The notes: generated from the letters alone by a model not told the origin. 62,639 nucleotides of DNA from Bacteroidales bacterium (GCA_035477635.1 DATIKK010000008.1:1-62639); one strand, 5' to 3'; positions 26,200 through 37,218 are shown, numbered from the stretch's first letter. Program-made: numbers and translations.

Positions 26200-26808
26200 T
26201 TATAGTATGGCCCTGATAAACTCGAGTAAAAAGTCAGGGTTAATTATTGAAATATACACTATACCAAAGACAGCGCCCCAGAAATGAACGTCATGCCCAA
26301 TGTTATCTGTCCCCCTCTTTGCCATGTATGCAGAATAAACAAGATAAAATAGCCCGAAAACAAAGGCGGGAATGGGTATCGGAATGAACATGATGAAGAC
26401 GCTTCCCTCCGGATTTAGAATTATACTGGCAAACAAAACAGCCGAAACGGCCCCGCTTGCACCAACCGCATTATAGTAATAGTTTTTTCTATGTCTGAAG
26501 TAGGAGGGAAGTGTGCTGAATAATAGTGAAGAAACATATAGCATCAGAAAAAAAAACCTGCCTATTGCTTCAAACTCCTGCACCAGGATATTTTCAACCG
26601 TCGAACCGAATGAAAACAATACAAACATGTTTACAACAAGGTGCATCCAATCGGCGTGCAACAATCCGTATGAAAAGAAACGATAAAACGACTTACGCTT
26701 ACTAATTTCAAAAGCGTTGAACTTCATTCTCTCAAGCATAAGGCTGTTTCTGAAGGCAGTAAAAGAAACCAATACTGTCAGGATTATCAGGAAAAGTGTA
26801 ATGCTCAT
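26200..26808 (-). CDS. Rhomboid-family intramembrane serine protease
   Basis: The 202 aa protein has the motifs HADWMHLVVN (H-x4-H-x3-N), GASGAV (catalytic Ser) and HFWGA (catalytic His). Confidence 0.85.
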   Translation of the reverse strand: MSITLFLIILTVLVSFTAFRNSLMLERMKFNAFEISKRKSFYRFFSYGLLHADWMHLVVNMFVLFSFGSTVENILVQEFEAIGRFFFLMLYVSSLLFSTLPSYFRHRKNYYYNAVGASGAVSAVLFASIILNPEGSVFIMFIPIPIPAFVFGLFYLVYSAYMAKRGTDNIGHDVHFWGAVFGIVYISIINPDFLLEFIRAIL

Positions 26809-26869
26809 ATGAAGATTTTATGCAAAGATAATTTTAATTGCACTTGTTCGTGTATTTGCCACATAAAGC

Positions 26870-26877
26870 TACTTTTG
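26870..26877 (+). promoter_or_regulatory. -7 promoter box TACTTTTG upstream of the HAD hydrolase gene
   Basis: It is an exact TAnnTTTG match, 25 nt upstream of the GTG start. Confidence 0.4.
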
Positions 26878-26901
26878 ACCCTCTAATTCAAATTTTACAA
26901 G

Positions 26902-27534
26902 GTGATAAAAACGATTATTTGGGACTGGAACGGGACTCTTTTTAATGATGTAAAGATTTGTCTTGACGTGATAAACACACTTTTAAAAAAAAGAAATTTA
27001 GCCAGCCTAAGTTTGAATTATTACCTTGAAATTTTTACTTTTCCTGTAAAAGATTATTACCTGGCAGCAGGTTTTAATTTCGAGGATGAGCCATTCGAAA
27101 AGCCTGCCGAGGAATTTATTCTCTGCTACCAGCAATTGCTCCATCGGGCTTCGTTGTTCGATGATGTTGAAGCAGTATTAAGTCATTACAGGGAAAAAGG
27201 CTTCAGGCAGTTTATCCTTTCGGCCATGAAACATGAAGCCCTTAAACAATCAGTTCAGGACAATGGTATAACTCATTTTTTTGAACAAGTGTGCGGGATT
27301 GAGAACAATTTGGCATTCTCGAAAGCTGGTCGCGCAAAAAAGATGATGGAATATGCCAATATCAGGAGTTCCGAAGCCATCATGGTAGGCGACACCCTGC
27401 ATGATGTCGAAGTAGCCGACGAAATAGGAGTTGATGTAATTTTGATAGGCAGAGGCCATCAAAGCCAAAGCCGCCTCAGGGTCGCCGGTAAAATCTTGCT
27501 TCCCGATCTGCTATCACTGAAGGCAATGGTATAG
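26902..27534 (+). CDS. HAD-superfamily hydrolase (phosphoglycolate phosphatase-like)
   Basis: The 210 aa protein has HAD motif I as a variant WDWNGTL and motif IV GDTLHDVEVA. The start is GTG, 25 nt downstream of a TACTTTTG box. Confidence 0.75.
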   Translation: MIKTIIWDWNGTLFNDVKICLDVINTLLKKRNLASLSLNYYLEIFTFPVKDYYLAAGFNFEDEPFEKPAEEFILCYQQLLHRASLFDDVEAVLSHYREKGFRQFILSAMKHEALKQSVQDNGITHFFEQVCGIENNLAFSKAGRAKKMMEYANIRSSEAIMVGDTLHDVEVADEIGVDVILIGRGHQSQSRLRVAGKILLPDLLSLKAMV

Positions 27535-27583
27535 CCTATACCTGGATGATTTCCTTCGAAAGTATTTTTACTGACAAGGTTGT

Positions 27584-29194
27584 TTATCTGTACCGAATGT
27601 TCATTTCCCGGAATAGGTTGCCCTGAATAAGCTCTATCGCTTTGTTGATGGAGTCGTCTTCTTGTGCCAAAACCTGTATATAGGCATCGAATCCAAACAA
27701 ATTCCGCGCAACAAGACCTTTTAATTGTAAATAAAACAAATCTTCAGGGGTTGCAATTGCCTCATTGCCTGGATTAATACCATTTTTCACGGCATAGGCC
27801 AACATTTGATTAACCAAAGCTTCATCCACATTGAATTTTTCCATGAAACTGAACAGGTCAGGATATTGCTGTAAAAGAAGTTCACGGTTTTGGTTTGTAA
27901 ATTCTATCCCAAAATTGTTTAAAACCCCACTTCTGACTAATTGAGCATAAAACTCTGATACAAGTGTTGTGTCGATGGGAATAAAAAAATCGGGCATTAT
28001 TCCGCCGCCTCCAAAAACCTCACGCTTGTTTATTTTGGTGTAGTATTTGAGTGAATCGGGAAAAGTAACATTTTTTGAACTGACCAACTCACCTAAACGA
28101 AGTCTTTGCGTAAGCTCGTCGAAATAAGCATCGCTTCCTTCTTCATAAGGTTTTTGGATGCTTCTACCGGTAGGAGTATGATAACGGGCGGTTGTCAGCC
28201 TGATAGCCGATCCTCCGGGCAGGTTGAAAGATTGTTGCACAAGGCCTTTTCCGAAAGAACGTCTGCCAACAATGAATCCGCGATCCCAGTCCTGAATGGC
28301 ACCGGCAAGAATTTCGCTCGCAGAGGCGCTACCTTCATTGATCAATACAACCAATTTTCCTTTGAGAAAGGCTCCTTGATTTGTGCTGTAACGCCGTTGG
28401 GTTGGAGAAGCATTACCTTCGGTATAAACAATCAGTTTATTAGCATCCAGAAATTGGTCGGTTAGATTAATGGCTACATCCAGTAGTCCGCCAGAGTTAA
28501 AGTTCAGATCGAGAATAAGGTGCTCCATTCCCTGCTTTTCAAGTTGCGAAAGGGCTTCTAAGAACTCCTGTATTGTGGTTACCGCAAATCTGCTTATCTT
28601 GATATAACCTATCCTGGGAGCAGCCATAAATGCTGCATCAACTGAATTGATCGGGATTCGGTCGCGGGTTATGTTAAACTGTAAAACTTCGTTGCTGCCA
28701 CGACGAGCAATTCCAACCGTAACCTGCGTACCCCGCCTACCTCTTAAACGATCGAGTACGAATTGGTTGTTAACGTGGCTTCCCACTGATGATTTACCAT
28801 CAATAGTAACAATTTTATCACCCGGAAGAATTCCTACGCGTTCAGATGGCCCATCGGGAACAGCGCTTACAACCACAATAGAGTCGTTAATTACATTGAA
28901 TTGCACGCCAATTCCATCAAAACTGCCAAGAAGTGGCTCGTTGGCCTGGCGAAGTTCTTCGGCTGTCAGATAAACACTGTGCGGATCCAATTCGCGCAAC
29001 ATACCTCTAATGGCATTTTCTACCAGTGCAGCATCAGTTACAGGTTCAATATAAAGCGACCTGACTATCTGAAGTGCGCGAAGCATTTTTTCATAATGGA
29101 TATTCCCGCTCTGAGCCCTTAGCTCAGGGACGAAAACAAAAAAGAAAACAAATAGAATAAAAATGCCTTTAATTTGAACAAATGGAAGCTTCAT
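27584..29194 (-). CDS. S41-family C-terminal processing peptidase (Ctp/Tsp) with PDZ domain
   Basis: A PDZ block (GILPGDKIVTIDG), the catalytic Ser context NEGSASASEI and the Lys context RSFGKGLVQ are present. The track start at 29236 is TTG, so the ATG at 29194 (MKLPFVQIKGIFILF signal peptide) is preferred. Confidence 0.88.
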   Translation of the reverse strand: MKLPFVQIKGIFILFVFFFVFVPELRAQSGNIHYEKMLRALQIVRSLYIEPVTDAALVENAIRGMLRELDPHSVYLTAEELRQANEPLLGSFDGIGVQFNVINDSIVVVSAVPDGPSERVGILPGDKIVTIDGKSSVGSHVNNQFVLDRLRGRRGTQVTVGIARRGSNEVLQFNITRDRIPINSVDAAFMAAPRIGYIKISRFAVTTIQEFLEALSQLEKQGMEHLILDLNFNSGGLLDVAINLTDQFLDANKLIVYTEGNASPTQRRYSTNQGAFLKGKLVVLINEGSASASEILAGAIQDWDRGFIVGRRSFGKGLVQQSFNLPGGSAIRLTTARYHTPTGRSIQKPYEEGSDAYFDELTQRLRLGELVSSKNVTFPDSLKYYTKINKREVFGGGGIMPDFFIPIDTTLVSEFYAQLVRSGVLNNFGIEFTNQNRELLLQQYPDLFSFMEKFNVDEALVNQMLAYAVKNGINPGNEAIATPEDLFYLQLKGLVARNLFGFDAYIQVLAQEDDSINKAIELIQGNLFREMNIRYR

Positions 29195-29507
29195 TTTGAA
29201 ATACCTTAAATTTTGAACAATTTTGGTTTCTCTCAAGTCTTTTGAACAACAATGTTATGACCACGCTGGACGAGTACCAAATAAAATTAGAAATGGAATT
29301 ACAAGATTACCTCAACTCATATTACAAAAACCAAACCAGAATAGGTTAATCTTTTTTTAAATTTTTCAATAACCCATTAAAGAAAACATGGCCTTTAGAG
29401 AACAACAAAATTAGCCTTTTTAGCCGAAGTTACCTTTACAAATTTCATCCTCAGTTTGTACAATTAACAATTTTGTGATTACTTTAGTTTGATTTAACAG
29501 AAATCAG

Positions 29508-30212
29508 ATGGATGCCGAACATGAAGAAATTTCTAACGCTCCGAATGTAAAGAGACTTTTACTTAATACTCTGGCCATTCCGTTGGGAATAGTATTGATC
29601 ATGTGGATTTCGAAACTTGCTGAGTTAATTTTCAATGTCAGGTTCACAGGTCTGGGGATATTCCCCCTGTCTGCACAGGGCCTTGTGGGAATACTGGTGT
29701 CGCCTTTTATTCACAGCGATTTTTCACACCTTGCCGGAAATTCTATATCGATAATCGTTTTGGGCGGATTGCTGTTTTATTTTTACAAGGAATTGGCATT
29801 AAGGGTACTAATTTATGGTTGGGTTGTTACCGGGTTTTGGGTTTGGGTTGCTGCCCGTGATGCCTGGCATATAGGAGCAAGCGGAGTGGTTTACAGCCTT
29901 GCTGCTTTTCTTTTTACCAGCGGTTTGTTGCGACGCAACCCTCAACTTATTGCCATAACCTTGCTGGTAGTATTTCTTTATGGCGGCCTTGCCTGGGGAG
30001 TTTTTCCTATTCAGGAAAGGATTTCCTGGGAATCTCATCTCCTTGGTATGGCATCGGGTGTTGTGCTCGCAATATTTTTTAAAAATACAGGCCCTGTACG
30101 AAGAATATATTCGTGGGAGATTGAAGAAGATGAAAAAGATGAAGTAGATGAAGACTTTGATCCTGGAATTAAAAATGACTCTATTGAAAAAGAGATAAAG
30201 AGGATGCCGTAA
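29508..30212 (+). CDS. Rhomboid-family intramembrane serine protease with acidic C-terminal tail
   Basis: The 234 aa protein has the motifs HSDFSHLAGN, GASGVVY and SHLLGMASG. It ends in an acidic tail, EIEEDEKDEVDEDFD. Confidence 0.82.
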   Translation: MDAEHEEISNAPNVKRLLLNTLAIPLGIVLIMWISKLAELIFNVRFTGLGIFPLSAQGLVGILVSPFIHSDFSHLAGNSISIIVLGGLLFYFYKELALRVLIYGWVVTGFWVWVAARDAWHIGASGVVYSLAAFLFTSGLLRRNPQLIAITLLVVFLYGGLAWGVFPIQERISWESHLLGMASGVVLAIFFKNTGPVRRIYSWEIEEDEKDEVDEDFDPGIKNDSIEKEIKRMP

Positions 30213-30263
30213 GGAGTTTACAAATGTAAACCTGAATGGTTGTATTCCTACAAGGTGTTAATT

Positions 30264-30710
30264 TCAGCTATCTACCCGGTCTATTTCGCGCTGCATATCC
30301 TTGGTTTTGAGGGTATCGCGCTTGTCGTGAAGTTTCTTACCTTTTGCCAGGGCAATTTCGAGTTTTGCAATCCCGCGTTCGTTTATAAATAGGAATGTAG
30401 GAATTAAAGTAAGCCCTTTTTCGTCAAGTTTTGCTTTTAGCTTTCGCAATTCGCGGGCATTAAGCAACAATTTCCTCTCCCGTTTAGGGTCGTGGTTATT
30501 GTATGTTCCGTAATCATATTCAGAAATGTGCATGTTTCTAACATACAACTCTCTTCCAACAAAAGCGCAATAGGCCTCATTGATACTTGCCTTACCAGCC
30601 CTGATCGATTTAATCTCGGTTCCGGTAAGAACTAGACCGGCAATGTATTTTTCGAGAAGAAAATACTCAAACCCTGCTTTTTTGTTCCTTATGGAAATTT
30701 TTCCGGCCAT
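30264..30710 (-). CDS. smpB: SsrA-binding protein SmpB
   Basis: The 148 aa protein has the blocks NKKAGFEYFLLEKYIAGLVLTGTEIKSIR and a basic C-terminal tail. Confidence 0.92.
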   Translation of the reverse strand: MAGKISIRNKKAGFEYFLLEKYIAGLVLTGTEIKSIRAGKASINEAYCAFVGRELYVRNMHISEYDYGTYNNHDPKRERKLLLNARELRKLKAKLDEKGLTLIPTFLFINERGIAKLEIALAKGKKLHDKRDTLKTKDMQREIDRVDS

Positions 30711-30870
30711 AGTTCTAATTGATTGGCAAAATTAGCAAAACAGAGTAAGTATTTCGGGTTTTGTCTGGCCAAATGTTTTGGGCATTGTATTTTATGCCAA
30801 TTTTAATCCAACAATTAGTTAAAATTATTTAAAACCTTATAAATCAATGTCCTAAATTATTTTTTAAAAG

Positions 30871-30901
30871 TTTGCGTATCATTCAAAAAAAATTACTTTT
30901 G
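30871..30901 (+). promoter_or_regulatory. Candidate Bacteroidota promoter upstream of the DUF2795 gene (-33 TTTG, -7 TACTTTTG)
   Basis: TTTG lies at 30871-30874 and TACTTTTG at 30894-30901, with the consensus 19-nt spacing. The box is 32 nt upstream of the ATG. Confidence 0.55.
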
Positions 30902-30932
30902 CAGAAATTTAAAAAATACAAACCAAATTGCT

Positions 30933-31154
30933 ATGTACTGGACGCTTGAATTGGCTTCAAAACTCGAAGATGCGCCCTGGCCAGCCACTAAAGAGGAACT
31001 AATTGATTATGCACTGCGTTCGGGCGCCCCTATGGAGGTAATTGAAAATTTACAGGAAATAGAAGATGAAGGGGAAGTTTATGAAAGCATCGAGGACATT
31101 TGGCCTGATTATCCTACAAAAGAGGATTTCTTCTTCCACGAAGATGAGTACTAA
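30933..31154 (+). CDS. DUF2795-family small protein
   Basis: The 73 aa protein has the pattern WPATKEELIDYALRSGAP-EVIENL, typical of DUF2795. It has its own promoter and a strong terminator. Confidence 0.65.
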   Translation: MYWTLELASKLEDAPWPATKEELIDYALRSGAPMEVIENLQEIEDEGEVYESIEDIWPDYPTKEDFFFHEDEY

Positions 31155-31163
31155 CTGAAAAAT

Positions 31164-31199
31164 GCAACAACCGGCGCCAAGCCGGTTGTTGCTTATTAT
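31164..31199 (+). terminator. Rho-independent terminator after the DUF2795 gene
   Basis: A perfect 12-bp GC-rich stem (GCAACAACCGGC / GCCGGTTGTTGC) with a 5-nt loop starts 10 nt after the stop codon. It is followed by a T-rich tail, TTATTAT. Confidence 0.8.
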
Positions 31200-31244
31200 C
31201 CCGTAGGTTAAGTGCAATACGCAGATTTTTTTTTCAAATTGGTT

Positions 31245-31252
31245 TACCTTTG
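31245..31252 (+). promoter_or_regulatory. -7 promoter box TACCTTTG upstream of secA
   Basis: It is an exact TAnnTTTG match, 49 nt upstream of the secA ATG and downstream of the terminator. Confidence 0.4.
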
Positions 31253-31300
31253 CTTTTCTTTAATTTCGCCAAATTTAAAAAGAACACTTACCAATAAGTT

Positions 31301-34300
31301 ATGCTCCATATTTTAAAAAAAATCTTTGGAAGCAAAGCAGAAAGAGACTTCCGTGAGATCACACCACTTCTCGACAAAGTTTTTGCAGCCTATGAAACCA
31401 TAAGGCAACTCGACAACGACCTTTTAAGGGCTAAAACACCGGAATTTCGTCAAAGGATACATGATCACGTTCGTACAGAGCGGGATCAGATAGATGCCCT
31501 TCGCAAAAAGATCGAAACGGAGTATGCGATGGATGTGGAAGAAAAAGAAAAAATTTACAACCATATTGATTCCATCGAAAAGATCGTTGACGAAAAAACT
31601 GAGGCCATTTTATTGGAAATCCTTCCGGAGGCGTTTTGCGTTATTAAGGAAACAGCCAGGAGGTTAAAGGAGGGAGCCGTTACAGTAACAGCTACCCAAA
31701 ACGACCGTGATCTGGCTGCCATCAAACCGAGCATTACGGTGCAAGGAAATAAGGCCGTTTATCAAAACCAATGGATAGCCGGAGGAAACCTGATTACCTG
31801 GGATATGGTGCATTATGATGTTCAGCTAATCGGCGGAATTCACCTGCACAGCGGAAAAATTGCCGAAATGGCCACAGGCGAAGGAAAAACCCTTGTTGCA
31901 ACCCTGCCTGTTTATTTAAATGCACTTCCTGGTAAAGGAGTTCATATAGTTACGGTCAATGACTACCTCTCTAAACGCGACGCCGAATGGATGGGTATGC
32001 TTTTCGAGTTTCATGGATTAATTGTTGACTGCATTGACAAACACGAGCCCAATTCGCAACAGAGAAGAAAAGCTTACCAGGCCGACATTACTTACGGAAC
32101 AAACAACGAGTTTGGTTTCGATTACCTGCGCGACAATATGACCAGAAACCCTGAAGAGTTGGTGCAGAGAAAGCACAATTATGCCATTGTTGACGAAGTT
32201 GACTCGGTACTGGTTGACGATGCACGAACACCACTTATCATTTCGGGACCAACACCACAGGGCGAGAAACATGAATTTCACGAACTTAAACCAAAGGTTG
32301 AAAAATTATACAGCGCTCAGCGAAATCTGGTTACAAATATGTTGGCAGATGCCCGTAAATTGCTTACAGGGCGCGAAGGAGAGATCGACGAGAAAAAAGG
32401 CGGAGAACTCCTTTTGAGGTGTCACAGAGGCCTTCCTAAAAGCAAGGCGCTGATCAAGCTCCTGTCGGAGAGCGGAATGAAGACCATCCTGCAAAAAACC
32501 GAAAATTTCTACATGCAGGAGCAAAACAAGCATATGCACATTATCGACGACGAGTTGTTTTTTGTTATCGAAGAAAAAAACAACTCTATTGAGCTTACAG
32601 AAAAAGGTATCGACCTTATTACAAGCCAAACCGACGATCCAAGATTTTTCATCATGCCCGACATGGGTTCAGAGATTGCCGAACTTGAAAAATCAAACCT
32701 TTCGGCAAAAGAAAAGCTGGAAAAGAAAAATCTGTTGCTAAGTGATTTTTCCATAAAGAGCGAACGTATCCATACGGTAAATCAGCTACTTAAGGCATAT
32801 ACCCTTTTCGAAAAAGACACCGAATATGTAATTATTGACAATAAGATAAAAATTGTTGATGAACAAACAGGCCGTATTATGGAGGGCCGCAGGTATTCCG
32901 ACGGGTTGCACCAGGCTTTGGAGGCCAAGGAAAACGTAAAGGTTGAAGCTGCTACACAAACTTATGCCACCATTACCCTGCAGAACTATTTTCGTATGTA
33001 CCGCAAACTGGCTGGCATGACTGGTACAGCAGAAACTGAGGCCGGTGAATTCTGGAGTATTTATAAGCTCGATGTTGTTGTCATCCCGACTCACCGAAAA
33101 GTTATCAGGAATGACTCTGAGGACATGATTTTCAAGACCAAACGCGAGAAGTACAATGCAGTGATTGATGAGGTAAGCGCTTTGGTCGATGCCGGAAGGC
33201 CTGTACTTGTAGGGACAACATCGGTTGAAATTTCCGAACTTTTGAGCCGCATGCTCAGTCTCCGAAGAATAAAGCACAATATACTCAATGCCAAGCAACA
33301 CCAAAAGGAGGCCCATATTGTTGCCGAAGCCGGAAAGGCGGGAACTGTAACCATTGCCACAAATATGGCAGGACGTGGTACCGACATTAAACTAGGGCCA
33401 GGAGTTAAAGAAGCTGGCGGTTTGGCCATACTTGGTACAGAGCGTCATGAGTCAAGGCGGGTTGACCGGCAGTTGCGTGGCCGCTCCGGAAGACAGGGGG
33501 ATCCGGGATCCTCACAGTTCTATGTGTCGCTCGAGGATGACCTTATGCGGATTTTCGGCTCTGGAAGAATTTCGAGGATCATGGACCGACTTGGCCTTCA
33601 GGAAGGCGAGGTGATACAGCATAGCATGATAACAAAATCCATCGAAAGAGCACAGAAAAAGGTGGAAGAAAACAACTTCGGCATCCGTAAACGCCTGCTC
33701 GAGTACGACGATGTGATGAACGCCCAAAGGGAGGTCATTTATCGCAAACGCCGAAATGCTTTGTTTGGCGAACGGTTGGCAGTAGATATAGCAAATATGA
33801 TGTACGACACCTGCGAGCAGTACGTGTTAGAACATCAGGACCAGGGCGACTATGGGGCTTTTGAAATGGACCTGATAAAAACCTTTAGCATTGAATCCCC
33901 ATTTAACGACCAGGAGTTTTTAAACGAAAAGGCTGAAAAACTTACTGAAATTCTTTATTCAAAAGTTATTCAGAGTTATAAGGTGAAAAATGAAAGTATA
34001 GCCTCATCTGCATATCCGGTTATAAAGGATGTTTACGAAAATTCTGCACAACAATACGAAAACATTGCCATTCCTATTACCGACGGTCAAAAGAACCTCA
34101 ATGTAGTTGCAAACCTGAAAAAAGCTTATGAAACTGATGGGCGCGAGGTTTCACTTGCAATCGAAAAAAGTATTACCCTTGCTTTTATTGACAACGCCTG
34201 GAAGGAACACCTGCGTGAAATGGACGACCTGAAGCAATCTGTCCAGAGCGCTACGTACGAACAGAAGGACCCTTTGCTCATTTATAAGTTCGAGTCGTTT

Positions 34301-34567
34301 CAGCTTTTCAAGCGAATGATTCAAAAAGTAAATAAGGATATCATTTCGTTTCTGGTCAAAGCGCGGCTTCCAATTCAAAGTGCCGACCAGGTGAAAAAGG
34401 CTGCAACCCCCGAACGAACCGATATGAGCCGCTTGCAGGCAGGAAGAAGCGATTTTGCAGGCGGTGTCCGTCGTAAAACTGAACCCGTTAGGGTCGAAAA
34501 GAAAGTCGGGCGCAATGAACCATGTCCATGCGGAAGTGGTAAAAAATTCAAACATTGCCACGGGTGA
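31301..34567 (+). CDS. secA: Preprotein translocase ATPase SecA
   Basis: The 1088 aa protein has Walker A MATGEGKT and the DEAD-like motif [19 protein letters not shown]. The C-terminal zinc motif is [14 protein letters not shown]. Confidence 0.95.
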   Translation: MLHILKKIFGSKAERDFREITPLLDKVFAAYETIRQLDNDLLRAKTPEFRQRIHDHVRTERDQIDALRKKIETEYAMDVEEKEKIYNHIDSIEKIVDEKTEAILLEILPEAFCVIKETARRLKEGAVTVTATQNDRDLAAIKPSITVQGNKAVYQNQWIAGGNLITWDMVHYDVQLIGGIHLHSGKIAEMATGEGKTLVATLPVYLNALPGKGVHIVTVNDYLSKRDAEWMGMLFEFHGLIVDCIDKHEPNSQQRRKAYQADITYGTNNEFGFDYLRDNMTRNPEELVQRKHNYAIVDEVDSVLVDDARTPLIISGPTPQGEKHEFHELKPKVEKLYSAQRNLVTNMLADARKLLTGREGEIDEKKGGELLLRCHRGLPKSKALIKLLSESGMKTILQKTENFYMQEQNKHMHIIDDELFFVIEEKNNSIELTEKGIDLITSQTDDPRFFIMPDMGSEIAELEKSNLSAKEKLEKKNLLLSDFSIKSERIHTVNQLLKAYTLFEKDTEYVIIDNKIKIVDEQTGRIMEGRRYSDGLHQALEAKENVKVEAATQTYATITLQNYFRMYRKLAGMTGTAETEAGEFWSIYKLDVVVIPTHRKVIRNDSEDMIFKTKREKYNAVIDEVSALVDAGRPVLVGTTSVEISELLSRMLSLRRIKHNILNAKQHQKEAHIVAEAGKAGTVTIATNMAGRGTDIKLGPGVKEAGGLAILGTERHESRRVDRQLRGRSGRQGDPGSSQFYVSLEDDLMRIFGSGRISRIMDRLGLQEGEVIQHSMITKSIERAQKKVEENNFGIRKRLLEYDDVMNAQREVIYRKRRNALFGERLAVDIANMMYDTCEQYVLEHQDQGDYGAFEMDLIKTFSIESPFNDQEFLNEKAEKLTEILYSKVIQSYKVKNESIASSAYPVIKDVYENSAQQYENIAIPITDGQKNLNVVANLKKAYETDGREVSLAIEKSITLAFIDNAWKEHLREMDDLKQSVQSATYEQKDPLLIYKFESFQLFKRMIQKVNKDIISFLVKARLPIQSADQVKKAATPERTDMSRLQAGRSDFAGGVRRKTEPVRVEKKVGRNEPCPCGSGKKFKHCHG

Positions 34568-34587
34568 TATAGTTGGATAGGTTGATT

Positions 34588-35004
34588 ATGATGATAAGTG
34601 AAACGCAAATACGGGTAAGATACGGTGAAACCGACCAGATGGGGTTTGTATATTACGGCAATTATGCACTGTATTTTGAGGTAGGAAGGGCAGAAGCCAT
34701 GCGAAAGCTCGGTATGAGTTACCGGCAAATGGAAGAAAAAGGTGTTTATATGCCAATTGCACAACTTAATGTGAAATACCTTAAGCCTGCCCGCTACGAC
34801 GACCTGCTTACAGTGCGAACCATAGTACGGGAAATGCCTGCTTCGCGAATGACATTCGACTATGAAGTGTATAACACAGATAAAACACTTCTCTGCACAG
34901 GAAGCACTGTACTGGCATTCGTAAAAACCCAAACCAACAGGCCATGTCCGGCTCCAGACTGGTTAATTGAAAAATTGAACACATTGATGAACCAAAAACC
35001 TTAA
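34588..35004 (+). CDS. YbgC/4HBT-family acyl-CoA thioesterase
   Basis: The hotdog-fold signature IRVRYGETDQMGFVYYGNYALYFEVGRAEAMR is present. The track start at 34573 is TTG, so the ATG at 34588 is preferred. Confidence 0.85.
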   Translation: MMISETQIRVRYGETDQMGFVYYGNYALYFEVGRAEAMRKLGMSYRQMEEKGVYMPIAQLNVKYLKPARYDDLLTVRTIVREMPASRMTFDYEVYNTDKTLLCTGSTVLAFVKTQTNRPCPAPDWLIEKLNTLMNQKP

Positions 35005-35017
35005 AGTGCCTATAAAA

Positions 35018-35413
35018 ATGAACATGGAAATAATTCTTGGAGAAAATAAAAGAGTCGAGGCTCATTATAAAGGATTTATTATTCATACCGACCAACCGGT
35101 AGTGTCAGGCGGTGATGGAAGCGCTCCTGGCCCATTCGACCTTTTTATGGCCTCAATAGGAACATGCGCAGGATTTTACGTGAAAAGCTTCTGCCAGCAA
35201 CGAGGCATTCCGACCGAAAATATCAGGCTTGTGCAAATAATGCATCGCGATATGGAAACCCGCATGGTCAAAAGCATTGAAATTACTATCCACCTTCCGG
35301 CTGATTTTCCTGAAAAGTATCGGGAGTCGGTTATTGCTGCTGCCAATGCCTGTACCGTAAAAAAACATATTGCCATGGCACCCGAATTTGTTTTGAATAC
35401 AACAAAAGACTAA
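35018..35413 (+). CDS. OsmC-family protein
   Basis: This is a ~131 aa protein with OsmC-like blocks (SGGDGSAPGPFDLFMASIGTCAG, ACTVKKHI). The track start at 35006 is GTG, so the ATG at 35018 is used. Confidence 0.7.
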   Translation: MNMEIILGENKRVEAHYKGFIIHTDQPVVSGGDGSAPGPFDLFMASIGTCAGFYVKSFCQQRGIPTENIRLVQIMHRDMETRMVKSIEITIHLPADFPEKYRESVIAAANACTVKKHIAMAPEFVLNTTKD

Positions 35414-35417
35414 TTCC

Positions 35418-35780
35418 ATGGGAAAAAAAACTCTGGTTCTTGGAGCAAGCCCCAAACCTGACAGGTACTCAAACAGAGCAATTTTATCGCTTGTTGAGCA
35501 TGGGCACGAAGTGGTGGCTATCGGAAGGAGGGAGGCTACAGTTGGAAAAGTAACCATAGTTAAAGGCCTCCCTGAGCTACTGAATATTCACACAGTTACA
35601 ATGTACTTAAGCCCGCCTAACCAGGAGGAGTATCTGGATTATATTTTAAAATTGAAACCCAAGCGTATAATTTTCAATCCCGGAACCTGGAATCCCAAAC
35701 TTTCGGAAGAAGCTGAAAAAATTGGTATTGAAGTTGAAAACGATTGCACCCTTATAATGGTAAGTTCAGGGTGTTATTAA
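35418..35780 (+). CDS. CoA-binding domain protein (YccU/YneT-like)
   Basis: The 120 aa protein has the pattern KTLVLGASPKPDRYSNRAILSLVEHGHEVVAIG, typical of small CoA-binding proteins. Confidence 0.7.
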   Translation: MGKKTLVLGASPKPDRYSNRAILSLVEHGHEVVAIGRREATVGKVTIVKGLPELLNIHTVTMYLSPPNQEEYLDYILKLKPKRIIFNPGTWNPKLSEEAEKIGIEVENDCTLIMVSSGCY

Positions 35781-35813
35781 CATTTGGCCCGATTAACCAA
35801 AAATTATAAATAG

Positions 35814-36995
35814 ATGGAAACAAATAAGCTGGGTTTTAATTCAAAACTAATACACGCCGGAAACCTCGACGATCAGTTTGGGAGCGCCACTGTCCCTATT
35901 TACCAGACCAGCACATTCAGGTTTAAGGATGCCGACCATGGTGCAAGATGTTTTTCGGGCGAATCGGATGGATACATTTACACAAGAATAAACAACCCGA
36001 CTATCGATGCCCTTGAAAAACTGGTTGCAGAACTGGAAAACGGTTATCGTGGAATTGCAACCAGCTCTGGCATGGGAGCCGTAAACACCATATACATGGG
36101 TTTACTCAGCAAGGGCGACCACATGATAAGCTCTGCAGCTGTTTATGGCCCATCGAGGGTGATTATGGAAAATCATTATTCAAAATTTGGGATAAAATCT
36201 ACATATATAGATACCACTAATCTATCAAATGTTCGTAAATCTATCAGACCAAACACCAAGGTCATTTTTATTGAAACACCCGCCAATCCCACAATGGATA
36301 TTACCAACTTGGAAGGGATCGTCGAAATTGCATCAAAACACAAGATAATCACAGTTGCTGATAATACTTTTTGCAGCCCATATCTGCAAAGACCGCTGGA
36401 TTTTGGATTTGATGTAGTTTTTCACAGCATTACCAAATTCCTCAACGGGCATGCTGATGTGGTTGGAGGAATAATAATTACGCGTAATGAAAGTTTGGAT
36501 AAGATTCTTCGTCCGGTAATGATCAATCTGGGATGCAATATGGATCCGCACCAGGCCTATTTGGTCATTCGCGGTTTAAAGACACTTGCCTTGCGGTTGG
36601 AGCGCTCTCAGGAAAATGCGCAACAAATTGCCCTGTATCTTCAGCAGCATCCTAAAGTGCTGTCTGTCAATTATCCCGGATTGGAAAGCCACCCACAATA
36701 TGTTTTATCAAAAAAGCAAATGAAAGGACCAGGAGGGATTATCAGTTTTGAGCTAAAGGGTGGTATTGAAGCCGGCAGGGTGCTTATGAACAGCGTTAAG
36801 CTTTGCATGCTCGCTGTTTCGTTGGGAGGAGTGGAAACTCTTATTCAACACCCTGCAAGTATGACTCATTCAAAGTTAATTAAAGAAGAAAGGTTAAAGG
36901 CAGGAATCACTGATGGCCTGGTTCGTTTTTCTGTTGGAATAGAGGATGTTGATGATATTATCAGCGATTTGGACCAGGCTCTGGCCAAAGTGTAG
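35814..36995 (+). CDS. PLP-dependent trans-sulfuration family enzyme, probably methionine gamma-lyase
   Basis: The 393 aa protein has YTRINNPT and the PLP-lysine context SITKFLNGHADVVGG. The exact specificity (methionine gamma-lyase, cystathionine gamma-synthase or cystathionine gamma-lyase) cannot be settled by eye. Confidence 0.8.
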   Translation: METNKLGFNSKLIHAGNLDDQFGSATVPIYQTSTFRFKDADHGARCFSGESDGYIYTRINNPTIDALEKLVAELENGYRGIATSSGMGAVNTIYMGLLSKGDHMISSAAVYGPSRVIMENHYSKFGIKSTYIDTTNLSNVRKSIRPNTKVIFIETPANPTMDITNLEGIVEIASKHKIITVADNTFCSPYLQRPLDFGFDVVFHSITKFLNGHADVVGGIIITRNESLDKILRPVMINLGCNMDPHQAYLVIRGLKTLALRLERSQENAQQIALYLQQHPKVLSVNYPGLESHPQYVLSKKQMKGPGGIISFELKGGIEAGRVLMNSVKLCMLAVSLGGVETLIQHPASMTHSKLIKEERLKAGITDGLVRFSVGIEDVDDIISDLDQALAKV

Positions 36996-37218
36996 AAATA
37001 TAGTTGACAATTGATAGAGCAATTGCTAAGCAGCATATCTGGTTAGCCATGCCATTTAACTTAAATGGTTAATACCGTTGAAAATATTACTATTTTTGTG
37101 CCTGTTCTAAGAAATAAAGTACGCTCACACCATTTTTTGGTTCGCTGTCAGCATAAATATTGCCCAATGCGTGATTACCAATACTTTAATTAGTAATTAT
37201 TAACCTTGCTGAATAAAA

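Noticed and set aside
29456-29477. Cluster of TTGT/ACAA palindromic units (TTGTACAA-TTA-ACAATTTTGT) upstream of the second rhomboid gene, considered as a Rex-like operator.
   Set aside because: It does not fit the 18-bp Rex geometry in any register. The AT-rich units are short enough to arise by chance.
37052-37068. 17-bp perfect palindrome CCATTTAA-C-TTAAATGG after the methionine gamma-lyase-like gene.
   Set aside because: A 1-nt loop cannot fold as a hairpin. It is AT-rich, single-copy and has no adjacent T-tract. It could be a protein site, but nothing else supports that.
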